The notes beneath the pieces were generated by a model. It did no database searches. It was not told the origin of the DNA and saw only the letters and a program-made list of their open reading frames with translations. The position numbers and the translations under genes were made by a program. Of a stretch of 46,738 nucleotides of DNA, positions 36,569-46,081 are shown piece after piece. This stretch comes from Candidatus Dadabacteria bacterium (GTDB lineage Bacteria; Desulfobacterota_D; UBA1144; Nemesobacterales; UBA2774): NCBI GenBank assembly GCA_004356555.1, contig SMWY01000056.1:1-46738 (forward strand). The letters are read 5' to 3'. How positions within the stretch are numbered: the stretch's first letter is position 1; every line of letters starts with the position of its first letter.

Positions 36569-36727
36569 TATGTGGTTGACTAAACTTAATAATAATTGGT
36601 CAGAAAAAACGTATTTATTAACCTTAACATTCGCAATCCTCTTTAAAATATTGTTATTTTGATTAAGATTATTTCTTCATCAGATGGTGAGGCGGGTTCT
36701 CTATTAAATGCTAAAAGGGAGATTGAG

Positions 36728-37723
36728 TTGAAATTTGTTGAAGTTCTGTTTGTTTTATTTTTTCTTTTTTTCTTATCATGCGCAGGTCCATCTCCTTCGG
36801 ATATTGCCAAGTCAGAAAAGGGGCAGCTTTTCCCGGTTGAAAGGGGTGAGAGCTGGGGCTTTATAGATAAAAAAGGCGATACAGTTATCCCGCTTAAATA
36901 TCAAGGCGCTGTGGATTTTTCAGAGGGGAGGGCGCTGATTAAAAAAGACGGTAAATGGGGATATATAAACGAGTGGGATATATTGGTAATTACGCCTGAA
37001 TATGAGGAAGCTCATAAATTCTCTGAAGGGCTAGCACATGTGAAAGTGGACGGCGCATACGGCTATATCAACCATGTGGGGGAAATGGTGATTGAACCAA
37101 AATTTGAGAAGGTAATCCCATTCTCAGAGGGCCTCGCAAGTGTTAAATACAACGGCATGTGGGGATATATCAATAAAGAGGGAGAGACTGTAATAGAGCC
37201 GCAATATGAAAAAGCATTTGGCTTTTCTGATGGGCTAGCGCTCGTACTAGTTGATGGAAAAGGGGGGTATGTCAAAAAAGATGGAAAGGTCTATATAAGA
37301 CCTGTCTTTGACTACGCAGAGGGTTATTCGGAGGGGGTTGCGTGTGTTTTAAAGGACGGCAGATATGTTTATATAGACAAATATGGAGAGGTTATACTTA
37401 AAACCGATTTCGAAAGCGCAAGGCACTTTAGTGAAGGGGCGGCCGCAGTATCCAGAGGCGGGGAATTTGGGTTTATTAATAGGAGCGGACTTCTTATAGT
37501 CCAACCTGAGTTTGACCAGGTAGGAGATTTCTCAGATGGTATTGCGACTTTTAGGATAGGCAATAAATGGGGGTTTGTTAACAAGAAGGGAGAAATAGTA
37601 ATTGAGCCTCAATTTGAAAACGCGGTGAGTTTCTCAGGCGGGCTTGCTATTGTGGAATTGGGTGGTGGTAAGTGGGGTTATATAGACAAAAAAGGGAAGT
37701 TAGTTTGGAAGTCCTTCGAATAA
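36728..37723 (+). CDS. WG-repeat (KWG-type) lipoprotein
   Basis: Start moved to TTG 36728 (agggag RBS), giving KFVEVLFVLFFLFFLSC, a lipobox-like signal. Nine repeats of about 37 aa built on FSEG-x-A-x-V-x3-G-(K)WG(Y/F)I(N/D)-x-G-E-x-VI-x-P-x-(F/Y). Confidence 0.85.
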   Translation: MKFVEVLFVLFFLFFLSCAGPSPSDIAKSEKGQLFPVERGESWGFIDKKGDTVIPLKYQGAVDFSEGRALIKKDGKWGYINEWDILVITPEYEEAHKFSEGLAHVKVDGAYGYINHVGEMVIEPKFEKVIPFSEGLASVKYNGMWGYINKEGETVIEPQYEKAFGFSDGLALVLVDGKGGYVKKDGKVYIRPVFDYAEGYSEGVACVLKDGRYVYIDKYGEVILKTDFESARHFSEGAAAVSRGGEFGFINRSGLLIVQPEFDQVGDFSDGIATFRIGNKWGFVNKKGEIVIEPQFENAVSFSGGLAIVELGGGKWGYIDKKGKLVWKSFE

Positions 37724-37744
37724 TATATTGCTTCTAACACATAG

Positions 37745-38698
37745 TTACTTTTCAATTATCAATCCCTTGTTTTTAAGATCATGGTCAAGGTTTTGACTTT
37801 CGATAGTAGAATTCTTCTTTCTGCTAAATAACCACCCTGTTGAGGCTATTATTAATATCATTCCTATTATTGTAGGTATATTAAATATATAGTTCCAGAT
37901 TAGTAAATCATAGCCTGCTGAAAAACCGACTTTTATAAAGCCCGCAGAAGCCACGCTAGGTGCCTCACCGATTGAAAATGCTTTTGTCATTGCAAGCTGT
38001 CCTATTGTTCCAAATACACCTACTCCAAGCAGCATTAAGATTATTGTTGTACTATCAAAAACAGATAGATCAACCTCGCCACGGACGGAAAGTAATGTAA
38101 TCAAAGTAATAATTGTTGCTGTTCCCGAAAAGTGGATCACTATTGTCCTGGGATCTAAATTTTTTAGTTTTCTTAAGCAGATCATCACCACTGCTCCACC
38201 AAACGCCGCGTAGACAGCTAAAAGTCCCGCAAAGTTCAGCTCCAGAATCCTTGGGTGTTCTACAAGAATTACACCTATCATGCCAAATATTATTGAAAGC
38301 CATATTTTTTTACTAGATGTCTCCCCCAATATGTAGCCTGCTACTATTGCTACCCATATAGGTCTTGTTTCTGTGATTACAGCGACCTCGGATATAGGTA
38401 ATTGCGTAAGGGCATAAAAAGTTGCAAGCATCGCAGAGCTTCCAACTAAACTTCTAAGCCATAGAGTCGAATTATTAAATACAAATGGATTAATTCCTGC
38501 TCTCAGTGCTAGCCCGAAGGTTATTATAAAAGAAATAAGCATTCTAAAAAATGCTATGAGCAGCCAGTCGCAATGTTTGCCAAGCTCGTGCGTAAGAGCA
38601 CCCATTGTAGCGAACGCAAATCCACCAAAAACCATCAACAAGATGCCTTTGCTATTTGAAGTCATTGGAAAATGTGCAGCTATACTTTTATTTATCAT
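37745..38698 (-). CDS. EamA/DMT-superfamily transporter
   Basis: About 10 TM segments arranged as two EamA-like halves. N-terminal GILLMVFGGFAFATMGALTHEL pattern. Confidence 0.82.
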   Translation of the reverse strand: MINKSIAAHFPMTSNSKGILLMVFGGFAFATMGALTHELGKHCDWLLIAFFRMLISFIITFGLALRAGINPFVFNNSTLWLRSLVGSSAMLATFYALTQLPISEVAVITETRPIWVAIVAGYILGETSSKKIWLSIIFGMIGVILVEHPRILELNFAGLLAVYAAFGGAVVMICLRKLKNLDPRTIVIHFSGTATIITLITLLSVRGEVDLSVFDSTTIILMLLGVGVFGTIGQLAMTKAFSIGEAPSVASAGFIKVGFSAGYDLLIWNYIFNIPTIIGMILIIASTGWLFSRKKNSTIESQNLDHDLKNKGLIIEK

Positions 38699-38898
38699 AA
38701 TATAGGAACTTCTTAATAGCTCTTTATTATTTACTGCAGGTAATTAGTTGTTACTCTCAGTGCAGCTTTATAGAAGAAATATAAAAATCTATTATTAATA
38801 GTTTACCAGATAAACTTTATGACGCTGTTAGTACAAAAGAAATTGATGAGTAGTTATGAAATAAATACGTCTGGTAGCGGTTGTGAAGAGTATTTCTT

Positions 38899-39711
38899 TT
38901 ATTTTGTAGGAATATCTTTTAAAAGATCTCTTAGATCATTAATAACGTAATCAGGCTTGATCTCGGAATCTCTGAGGTCTTCTTTTTTTGTTGATCCTGA
39001 GAGTACGAGAATAGTAGACATTCCGGCATTATTGCCGCCCAGAATATCAGTATCGAGTCGGTCTCCTATCATTACTAGCCCTTCCCTATCTTCTAACCCG
39101 TGTTCTACTAGAGCAACATCAAATATAATATTTTCAGGCTTTCCGGCCACAATAGCTTCTTTTCCAGAAGCAACTTCAATGGACGCAAGCATAGCACCGG
39201 TTGCGGGAACATGACCCTCATCCGAAGGATAAGCGGGATCGCGGTTAGTTGCGTAGAAATGGGCGCCATTCCTGATAGCCAAAGTGGCAAGTTTCATTTC
39301 ATTATAGTGGAAGTCGGGATGACCTCCTAAAATGACAAAATCGGCCTTTTTAGCTTCCTCACCAACAACTATTTTGAGGCCTGTTTCTTTAATTAGCTTT
39401 TTGAGTGCATTGCTTCCAATCGCATAGGCTGTCATATCCGCAAGCTTGTTATATTTTCCACTTATATGATGGGCTATAGCCATTGCCGAAGTGATTACGT
39501 CCTGAGAATTAGCTTCTATGCCTATATTTCTAAGCTTATCCGCATATTCGGAAGAAGATTTTCTTGGGTCATTAGTCAGGAATAATACACTTTTCCTGTT
39601 GTTTTTAAGATGCATTATAGTATCAGGTGAGCCCTCAATTGGAATTTCGCCCAAGTAGACTACACCGTCCATATCTATAAGGAAGCCGTTAAATAAATCT
39701 AAGAGTCTCAT
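38899..39711 (-). CDS. HAD-IIA family sugar-phosphate phosphatase (NagD-like)
   Basis: FLIDMDGVVY (DxDG nucleophile motif), LTND, GKPE and MIGDRLDTDILGG motifs. Confidence 0.9.
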   Translation of the reverse strand: MRLLDLFNGFLIDMDGVVYLGEIPIEGSPDTIMHLKNNRKSVLFLTNDPRKSSSEYADKLRNIGIEANSQDVITSAMAIAHHISGKYNKLADMTAYAIGSNALKKLIKETGLKIVVGEEAKKADFVILGGHPDFHYNEMKLATLAIRNGAHFYATNRDPAYPSDEGHVPATGAMLASIEVASGKEAIVAGKPENIIFDVALVEHGLEDREGLVMIGDRLDTDILGGNNAGMSTILVLSGSTKKEDLRDSEIKPDYVINDLRDLLKDIPTK

Positions 39712-39785
39712 ATTCTTTTATAATAGGGAATGGATTATCTTACAGAAATATTAATGATTTAGGTGGGTTTGATTACAGTAATTTG

Positions 39786-40175
39786 TCAACCCCATATATG
39801 TTGTTTTAATTCTTCCTGTTTATCATCATCTAACTCTTTATACAAGAGCGATATGACTTTTAATTGATCATCCTGAAAAATTTCAATTTGAAGTATATTT
39901 AAAACCCCAACCGCAGCGTCTTTGTAACCTTCGTAGTATTCTTCCTTTTTACCTGCAGCTTTCACAGTTCTTGAGTCTAAATGCAAAGCTATCGCAGCAA
40001 ATTTAATTGGCACTTTCTCATCAATTTCCAGTTGATAATCTTCTAATTCACCTGTAAGTAAGTGACTTTTCCATGCATTTATGATCTTGTCTATGCTTTC
40101 CTGCTTCATTTTTTCGCCCTTTTTTGGTATTTCATTCTCGATTTGAGTCTTGTAAGAAAATGATAGTATACTCAA
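39786..40175 (-). CDS. Hypothetical acidic protein, function unknown (start uncertain: TTG 40175 or ATG 40109)
   Basis: ORF in the same orientation as the PTS-Ntr cluster, 40 nt downstream of it. No recognisable motif. It lacks HPr signatures (no GLHARPA-type His region). Confidence 0.5.
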   Translation of the reverse strand: MSILSFSYKTQIENEIPKKGEKMKQESIDKIINAWKSHLLTGELEDYQLEIDEKVPIKFAAIALHLDSRTVKAAGKKEEYYEGYKDAAVGVLNILQIEIFQDDQLKVISLLYKELDDDKQEELKQHIWG

Positions 40176-40214
40176 TCAATATATTTTTTAAATGTATTGT
40201 TGGCTAAAAGATTC

Positions 40215-40628
40215 CTATGAGTTTCTATTGTGAAGTAGCTTGCTAGCTACAATAATATTATCCTTGCCAGCCGATTCAGCTATTTTTACTGCTTCCTCCA
40301 AGGTTACATTCTCAGAAAGAGTAGCAAGTTTTAACAGCATTGGAAGATTAACTCCCGATATTACTTCAACCTTATTTTCTTCAAGGAAAGTTAGGCTAAT
40401 ATTTGAAGGTGTCCCCCCAAACATATCGGTAACAAGTAAAATGCAGTCCTTCCCCCTAACTTTTTTAATCGCGTTTTTAATATCTTGCTTAAAAGATTCA
40501 AACTCCTTATCGGGATCTAGGCATACCCCGCTAATTTTTACAGATGGTTTTGAGGATAGGACAAAATTTACAACAGAAATAAGTTCTTTAGCTAATGCAC
40601 CATGTGTTACTACGACTATCCCAACCAT
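40215..40628 (-). CDS. PTS EIIA component, mannose/fructose family
   Basis: MVGIVVVTHGALAKEL, with the phospho-His at position 9, and VTDMFGGTPSN. Confidence 0.88.
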   Translation of the reverse strand: MVGIVVVTHGALAKELISVVNFVLSSKPSVKISGVCLDPDKEFESFKQDIKNAIKKVRGKDCILLVTDMFGGTPSNISLTFLEENKVEVISGVNLPMLLKLATLSENVTLEEAVKIAESAGKDNIIVASKLLHNRNS

Positions 40629-40638
40629 TTATTTCTCC

Positions 40639-41490
40639 TTAATTTTTAGATATATCCCTATGCCTCGTTATTGGTGACAGATAATTAAAATGCTCTGCTA
40701 CTTTATTTACAATTACTACAGATCGGTGTTTGCCGCCAGTACAACCTATTGCGATAGTCAGATAAGATTTTCCTTCCTTTTCGTAATTTGGAATTAGAAA
40801 TTCTAGAAATTCAGTAAGCTTCTCTATAAATTTTATGGATTCTTCATTGCTTAACATAAAGTTTAAGACCTCACTATCCTGTCCATTTAAATGTTTCAAA
40901 CTTTCAACAAAATATGGATTAGGAAGGAACCTAACGTCAAAGATCATATCCGCATCGTAAGGTATGCCATGTTTAAAGCCAAAAGATATAATGTTTATCA
41001 AAAGATTCTGCGTACTCGATACATCAAATTTCTTTCTAATAATATCTTTTAATTGATGAACGTTCAGATCCGACGTATCAATCGTGTAATTAGAAAGCTC
41101 TTTAAGTTCTTCAAGCATTTTTCTTTCTTTCGATATCCCCTCTAAAATATTTCCGTAGGATGATAGAGGATGTTTCCTGCGTGTTTCCTTGTACCTATTC
41201 ACAAGAGTTGTATCAGATGATTCTAAGAATATTATATCGACAGGATAGCCCTTTTTTTTAAATTCTTTTATTACCCCGGGAGCATGGTCAAAAAATACTC
41301 CTTCGCGGATGTCAATAACTAATGCTACTTTACTTATCCTTTTTTCTGAGTTCTCGCAAAGTTCTATGAATGTTGGGAGCAGGATCGGAGGGATATTATC
41401 TACGCAATAATAACCCAAGTCTTCAAGGACGTTTACAGCCGTACTCTTTCCCGAACCTGAAAGCCCGCTTATGAAAACTAGGTTTGTCAT
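40639..41490 (-). CDS. rapZ: RNase adapter / nucleotide-binding protein RapZ (YhbJ)
   Basis: ISGLSGSGKSTAVNVLEDLGYYCVDNIP, C-terminal IAIGCTGGKHRSV. Confidence 0.95.
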   Translation of the reverse strand: MTNLVFISGLSGSGKSTAVNVLEDLGYYCVDNIPPILLPTFIELCENSEKRISKVALVIDIREGVFFDHAPGVIKEFKKKGYPVDIIFLESSDTTLVNRYKETRRKHPLSSYGNILEGISKERKMLEELKELSNYTIDTSDLNVHQLKDIIRKKFDVSSTQNLLINIISFGFKHGIPYDADMIFDVRFLPNPYFVESLKHLNGQDSEVLNFMLSNEESIKFIEKLTEFLEFLIPNYEKEGKSYLTIAIGCTGGKHRSVVIVNKVAEHFNYLSPITRHRDISKN

Positions 41491-41522
41491 TTAATACCTT
41501 TGGTTAGCATGATAGTGATTAT

Positions 41523-42446
41523 TTACTCTAGAATTTTTTCTGTGCTATGGGCCCCTCTTAATTTTAACAGTTGGTTCCGTGCGGCAACTTCGATTATAGT
41601 TGCAGTATTTCTGCCCGATCTTACAGGAATTAATAGATATGGTAACTCCACCCCCATTATATTGTATGTATTCTTATCTATTCCTAGTCTGTCATATTCA
41701 GTATCCAAATCCCATTGAGCAAGCTCAATCACCATGTTTATCCTCTTTGTGTCCATTACAGAGGCTCTACCGAATAAGTCTTTGATGTTAATAATACCAA
41801 CACCCCTTATTTCCATTAGGTGCTTTATTCTTTCAGGACCATTTCCAAATAGCTCGCCGGAAACTGATTTTCTTATTTCTACCACATCGTCTGAAATGAG
41901 TTTAGAACCCCTATTTATTAAGTCAAGTGCGTTTTCACTTTTCCCAATACCGCTTTTCCCAAGTATCAAAACTCCCAGTTCCAGTATCTCCATGAGGACT
42001 CCATGCGTCGTAGTAAAGGGAATAATTTGGTACTGCAGTATTTTGTTAAGAAGACTTATTAGCTTTTGTTCAGGGAGTTTAGTTGTAAAAAGTGGTACTT
42101 TTCTTTTTTCACATTTATCTCTTAAGTTTTTGCTAGGTAAAAGCCCCCTTTGAGCGATCAAGCATGGAATGTCTAGAGAAAAAAGAGCCCTTAAAATTTT
42201 TTGTTTTTTTGAATCCGTGAGTTTGTTGAAGTCAGAAATACCCGTCCTACTAAGTAAGTGTATTGCACCTGGCATATGCTTTATCTTAGGATCTATTAAT
42301 TCTGGTCCTGGCTTTCGTACTGTATTAATAATAATTTTACGTTTAAGACCACCAAGACCTGCTATTAGTTCTATTTGGAGTTCTTTTCCCCAGGTCCTGG
42401 CTAGCTTAGCAACTTCTAGGTTGTTAACACTATCCATACTTCTCAT
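41523..42446 (-). CDS. hprK: HPr kinase/phosphorylase
   Basis: HGVLMEILELGVLILGKSGIGKSENALDLINRGSKLISDD P-loop region and LMEIRGVGIINI signature. Overlaps the ptsN stop by 17 nt. Confidence 0.93.
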   Translation of the reverse strand: MRSMDSVNNLEVAKLARTWGKELQIELIAGLGGLKRKIIINTVRKPGPELIDPKIKHMPGAIHLLSRTGISDFNKLTDSKKQKILRALFSLDIPCLIAQRGLLPSKNLRDKCEKRKVPLFTTKLPEQKLISLLNKILQYQIIPFTTTHGVLMEILELGVLILGKSGIGKSENALDLINRGSKLISDDVVEIRKSVSGELFGNGPERIKHLMEIRGVGIINIKDLFGRASVMDTKRINMVIELAQWDLDTEYDRLGIDKNTYNIMGVELPYLLIPVRSGRNTATIIEVAARNQLLKLRGAHSTEKILE

Positions 42447-42894
42447 CTTCTAATGTTATTGCCTCGTATATATCCTCCTCAGATTCGGACCTCATTAATT
42501 TGGCCCTCAGTTCTGGGTTTTTAAAGACCTTGGATATTCTTGCCAGTATCTGAATATGGGAACCGGCAGAATCTTCTGGGGCGATTAGAGTAATAAAAAA
42601 GTGTGTTGCTTTTTTGTCAAGAGATTCATATTCAATTCCCTCAATACTCCTTCCGAAACCTACAATCATATCTGTAATACCGCTTAGCTTCGCATGTGGG
42701 ATTGCTACTCCCGAATCAACAGCAGTACTACAGAGATTCTCACGTTCAATTAGAACTTCAACTAATCTTTCAGTATTAATATTTGGATAAACTGATGATA
42801 TGTTGTCTGCAAGTTCTTTAATAACGTCTACTTTGCTGGTGGAACGGAGGTGTGGAACTACTGTGTTTAGTTCAAGTATTTCGGCAATTTTCAT
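42430..42894 (-). CDS. ptsN: PTS EIIA-Ntr (nitrogen regulatory IIA)
   Basis: EIIA-fructose/Ntr-type fold with the active-site region GVAIPHAK. Sits between hpf and hprK. Confidence 0.92.
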   Translation of the reverse strand: MKIAEILELNTVVPHLRSTSKVDVIKELADNISSVYPNINTERLVEVLIERENLCSTAVDSGVAIPHAKLSGITDMIVGFGRSIEGIEYESLDKKATHFFITLIAPEDSAGSHIQILARISKVFKNPELRAKLMRSESEEDIYEAITLEDEKYG

Positions 42895-42925
42895 TGTATA
42901 TTTTTTATACTATTTTTGTTAATAC

Positions 42926-43477
42926 TTAGGGCTCAATCAAGATTTTTTGACCTCGTCGGCTTAAATAGATGACATTCATTAAACCATTCTCACTGTTCCT
43001 AAATGCTACAAAATTTGCATCCGAAACCTTAAGTTGAAGTGAAGCTTCTTCTACGGACATTGGTTTTGAAGGCAATTTATGAACTTTTATATCTTCTAAT
43101 TCGTTACTCTCAGATTTTACAGGGAGCCAGGTTTGAATAACGTCTTCTTTGGATTTGGCACCTGTTCTTCTTCTTTCTTTAGTTTTCTTTTCTATCTGCT
43201 TTTTTAGCTGCTTTACTATAGTGCTTACAGCATTGTCTATCGCAGTGTACATGTCATTAGTTTCAACTGAGCTAGTGGCTTTTATGTTTCCACAACTCAC
43301 AGAGATCTCAGCAGTATCCCTGAATTTCTCTGATGATAAAATGAACCTTAATTCTGAGGGGTCCCTCTCTGACTTTACATACCTTTCGATCCTCTTAGTT
43401 TTCTTTAGAGCATATGATTTAATTTTTTCAGAATTCATTGTATTGTTGATGTGTCTAGTAGTTACAGTTACTTTCAT
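42926..43477 (-). CDS. hpf: Ribosome hibernation-promoting factor, long form
   Basis: N-terminal S30AE/YfiA domain (KVTVTTRH...IKSYALKKTKRIERY) plus a C-terminal dimerisation domain (KPMSVEEA...FVAFRN). Its start overlaps the rpoN stop (ATGA). Confidence 0.93.
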   Translation of the reverse strand: MKVTVTTRHINNTMNSEKIKSYALKKTKRIERYVKSERDPSELRFILSSEKFRDTAEISVSCGNIKATSSVETNDMYTAIDNAVSTIVKQLKKQIEKKTKERRRTGAKSKEDVIQTWLPVKSESNELEDIKVHKLPSKPMSVEEASLQLKVSDANFVAFRNSENGLMNVIYLSRRGQKILIEP

Positions 43478-45000
43478 TTTGAATTTTCCTTATATTGACG
43501 AGATCTGGTTGAAGAAGAGGGTATTTTAAGTATTTTCCTGTATTTTGCAACAGTTCTTCTTGCAACTTTTATTTTTCTTCTTTCAAATATTTTAGAAATA
43601 TCCTCGTCAGAGTATGGGCTTAGGGGTAATTCACCGTCTATAATATTTTTCATAATCGACTTTACTTTCTCAAAAGAAACATCTTTTCCATTTGATGATT
43701 CAATTCTACGTGAGAATAATGATTTAAGCTCAATTGTGCCCTGAGGTGTTTGGATATATCGTCTGCTGGTAATTCGGCTTACAGTAGATTCATGAACTCC
43801 TACTGACTGAGCTACATCTTTTAATATTAGTGGCTTAATATACTTTTTCCCATGCTCAAAAAAATCACGCTGGACATCAACGATTTTCGATATGATTTTT
43901 TTTACTGTGGCCTCTCTTTCATCGAGACATTTCATTATTCTATGAGCTGCTTCAAGTTTTTCTTTTATGAATTTCTTTGCATCGGGCGGAAGACTTTTTT
44001 CTTTTTTTATAAGGTTTTTGTAATAATTGCTTATTCTAACCTTGGGGAAATCACGGTTTAACTGTATCTGCAATTCATTCCCTACCTTATAGACATAGAA
44101 ATCAGGAACTATATATTTTTCAGAATCTTTAGCAAAGAATGGTCTCCCAGGTCTTGGTTCTAAGGAAGAAATAACTGACATTGCCTCTTGAATCTGTTGT
44201 GCGGAATCTTGAATAATATCCTCAATATTGCTCAAATCATTTTCATTGAGCTCTTCCAAATATTTATCGATCAATTCCAGGACAAGTCCGTCTTCAGGAT
44301 AACCCAAATCAAGCGCCTGAATCTTGAGACATTCCCTTAAATTTCTCGAACAAACCCCTGTGGGATCAAAAGATGACTGAATCTTATGTAAAACTTCTTT
44401 AATTATAGCGATATATTTTTTATCTGAATCCTGGGACGCCTTTTCGGTATTGCAACTTTTTTCATTAGTTATGTTTTCAGATATTCCATTAGTTTGATTC
44501 GCGGATTGCTTGAGGTATATAAGCGCAATCTCCTCAATATCCATCTCTAAATAACCGTCTTCATTGGTGTTGCCTATTATGATTGAGGCTATTTCCTTTT
44601 CTTGAGCTGTGAGAGCTGATAATTTAAGCTGCCATCTAAGGTGATCTATGAGCGATTCCGCTGAGCTTATCCTGTTTTCCCAGGTAGTATCCTCTTGGCT
44701 ATCATCAAAGAATTCTCTTGATGAATAATGTGGAATATCATTGTTTTGATCTCTAAACAGGCGGTCATTGCCCATATTGTTAAAATCAATCTCTTCATTT
44801 GAGCTATCTTCGTTCTTCTCAGTCTGGTCTTGTGATTCTTCTAAGGTAGGATTTTCGATGAGCTGCTCTTCCAAATAATCTTTTAATTCAAGTGTGGTCA
44901 TTTGAATTAGCTTTAGGAATAGCTGCAGCTCTTGAGTTAATACCAACCGTTGTTGTAATATTAGTCTTTGCGAAGTAGTTTGGCTTAAATTTATACTCAT
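43474..45000 (-). CDS. rpoN: RNA polymerase sigma-54 factor
   Basis: N-terminal Gln/Leu-rich region I (LQQRLVLTQELQLFLKLIQM), core-binding region, HTH, and the RpoN box ARRTVAKYR. Confidence 0.97.
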   Translation of the reverse strand: MSINLSQTTSQRLILQQRLVLTQELQLFLKLIQMTTLELKDYLEEQLIENPTLEESQDQTEKNEDSSNEEIDFNNMGNDRLFRDQNNDIPHYSSREFFDDSQEDTTWENRISSAESLIDHLRWQLKLSALTAQEKEIASIIIGNTNEDGYLEMDIEEIALIYLKQSANQTNGISENITNEKSCNTEKASQDSDKKYIAIIKEVLHKIQSSFDPTGVCSRNLRECLKIQALDLGYPEDGLVLELIDKYLEELNENDLSNIEDIIQDSAQQIQEAMSVISSLEPRPGRPFFAKDSEKYIVPDFYVYKVGNELQIQLNRDFPKVRISNYYKNLIKKEKSLPPDAKKFIKEKLEAAHRIMKCLDEREATVKKIISKIVDVQRDFFEHGKKYIKPLILKDVAQSVGVHESTVSRITSRRYIQTPQGTIELKSLFSRRIESSNGKDVSFEKVKSIMKNIIDGELPLSPYSDEDISKIFERRKIKVARRTVAKYRKILKIPSSSTRSRQYKENSK

Positions 45001-45046
45001 AATTGCTATTACCCAATGTTTAATTCGAGACCCGATACTAATCTAA

Positions 45047-45085
45047 ATTATAATATAACCTAAACTATATACAAGATTTGTGCCA
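45047..45085 (-). promoter_or_regulatory. Candidate rpoN promoter: sigma70-like -35/-10 overlapped by a sigma54-like -24/-12 element
   Basis: Minus strand reads TGGCAC-aaatc-TTGTA (45085->45070). This matches TGGCAC-N5-TTGC except for the final C. TTGTAT (45074-45069), 16-nt spacer, TATAAT (45052-45047). The rpoN ATG is at 45000. Confidence 0.4.
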
Positions 45086-45444
45086 CTTGAATAAGTATAC
45101 CATAGATTTTAGAATTTTTACGCGTAATAATACGGTATCATTGAGGTTTTACGCAGTTCTTTTATAATTTGGCTTAATATGAGTTCTGATTGTATTTCGA
45201 TGGAGTTAGAGAAATTAGGGGAAATAATAATCTATATAGGGATTTCACTTATATGGTGGGAATAATAGTTCAGTTTTTTCCGAAGATTCCGCACTTAGGT
45301 AAGTTGCCTGGGGGATATTTACTTAAAACGAGAAAACTTTTCTTTTTATTTTCCGCTTACAACATTAATAACTCTCAGTCTGCTTATAACTATAACACTT
45401 ACTTTCTTATCGAGTATTAAGTGATTAGGTGCCCTATAGCTAGC

Positions 45445-46068
45445 TTATAAAGTCTCACTTGGCAGTGCCCATTTCATATCAGAAGAGTGTCTCTTTTCAT
45501 AAATTCTAATCTTATCCTCGTGTTCTAGCGAATGTCCTATCTCATCAAGGCCTTCCAAAAGGCTTTTCTTTTTGTATGGATCTATATCAAAATTTACAGT
45601 CCAGCCTTCATCGTCTGATATTGTTTGAGATCTTAGATCTACCGTTAGTTCATGACCTTTCTTTGAGGCTACAATTTTAAAAAGCTCTTTGACCTTATCC
45701 TCCGCTAAGACGATTGGGAGTATTGCATTTTTAAAACAGTTGTTATAAAAAATATCAGCGAATGAGGGTGCGATGATTACTTGAAATCCATATTCTCTTA
45801 AGGACCACGGGGCATGTTCTCTTGAGCTTCCGCTCCCGAAGTTGTGGCTTGTCAGTAGTATCTTAGCATTCTGATGGTGCTCATGATTGAGTTCAAAGTC
45901 AGGGTTCAGTGTTCCATCTTCTAAATAACGCCAGTCAAAAAATAAGAATTCTCCAAAACCGGTTCTTTCAACTCGTTTTAAAAACTGTTTTGGAATTATT
46001 TGGTCGGTGTCCACGTTGATTCTGTCTAGTGGGGCTACAATACCATGTACTCTTTCTAACGGTTCCAT
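45445..46068 (-). CDS. leuD: 3-isopropylmalate dehydratase small subunit
   Basis: Full-length LeuD pattern: NVDTDQIIPKQFL, NFGSGSSREHAPW, IAPSFADIFYNN. Confidence 0.96.
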   Translation of the reverse strand: MEPLERVHGIVAPLDRINVDTDQIIPKQFLKRVERTGFGEFLFFDWRYLEDGTLNPDFELNHEHHQNAKILLTSHNFGSGSSREHAPWSLREYGFQVIIAPSFADIFYNNCFKNAILPIVLAEDKVKELFKIVASKKGHELTVDLRSQTISDDEGWTVNFDIDPYKKKSLLEGLDEIGHSLEHEDKIRIYEKRHSSDMKWALPSETL

Positions 46069-46081
46069 TGTGTTTTCCTCT

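Noticed and set aside
36659-36727. Upstream TTG start for the WG-repeat protein
   Set aside because: The extra 23 residues precede a good RBS (agggag) and a lipoprotein-type signal that starts at TTG 36728, so the longer form would bury the signal peptide.
45190-45420. 76-aa plus-strand ORF in the leuD-rpoN spacer
   Set aside because: It uses a TTG start in very AT-rich DNA. The peptide is Tyr/Asn/Phe-rich and low-complexity, with no Shine-Dalgarno sequence and no similarity to anything I recognise.
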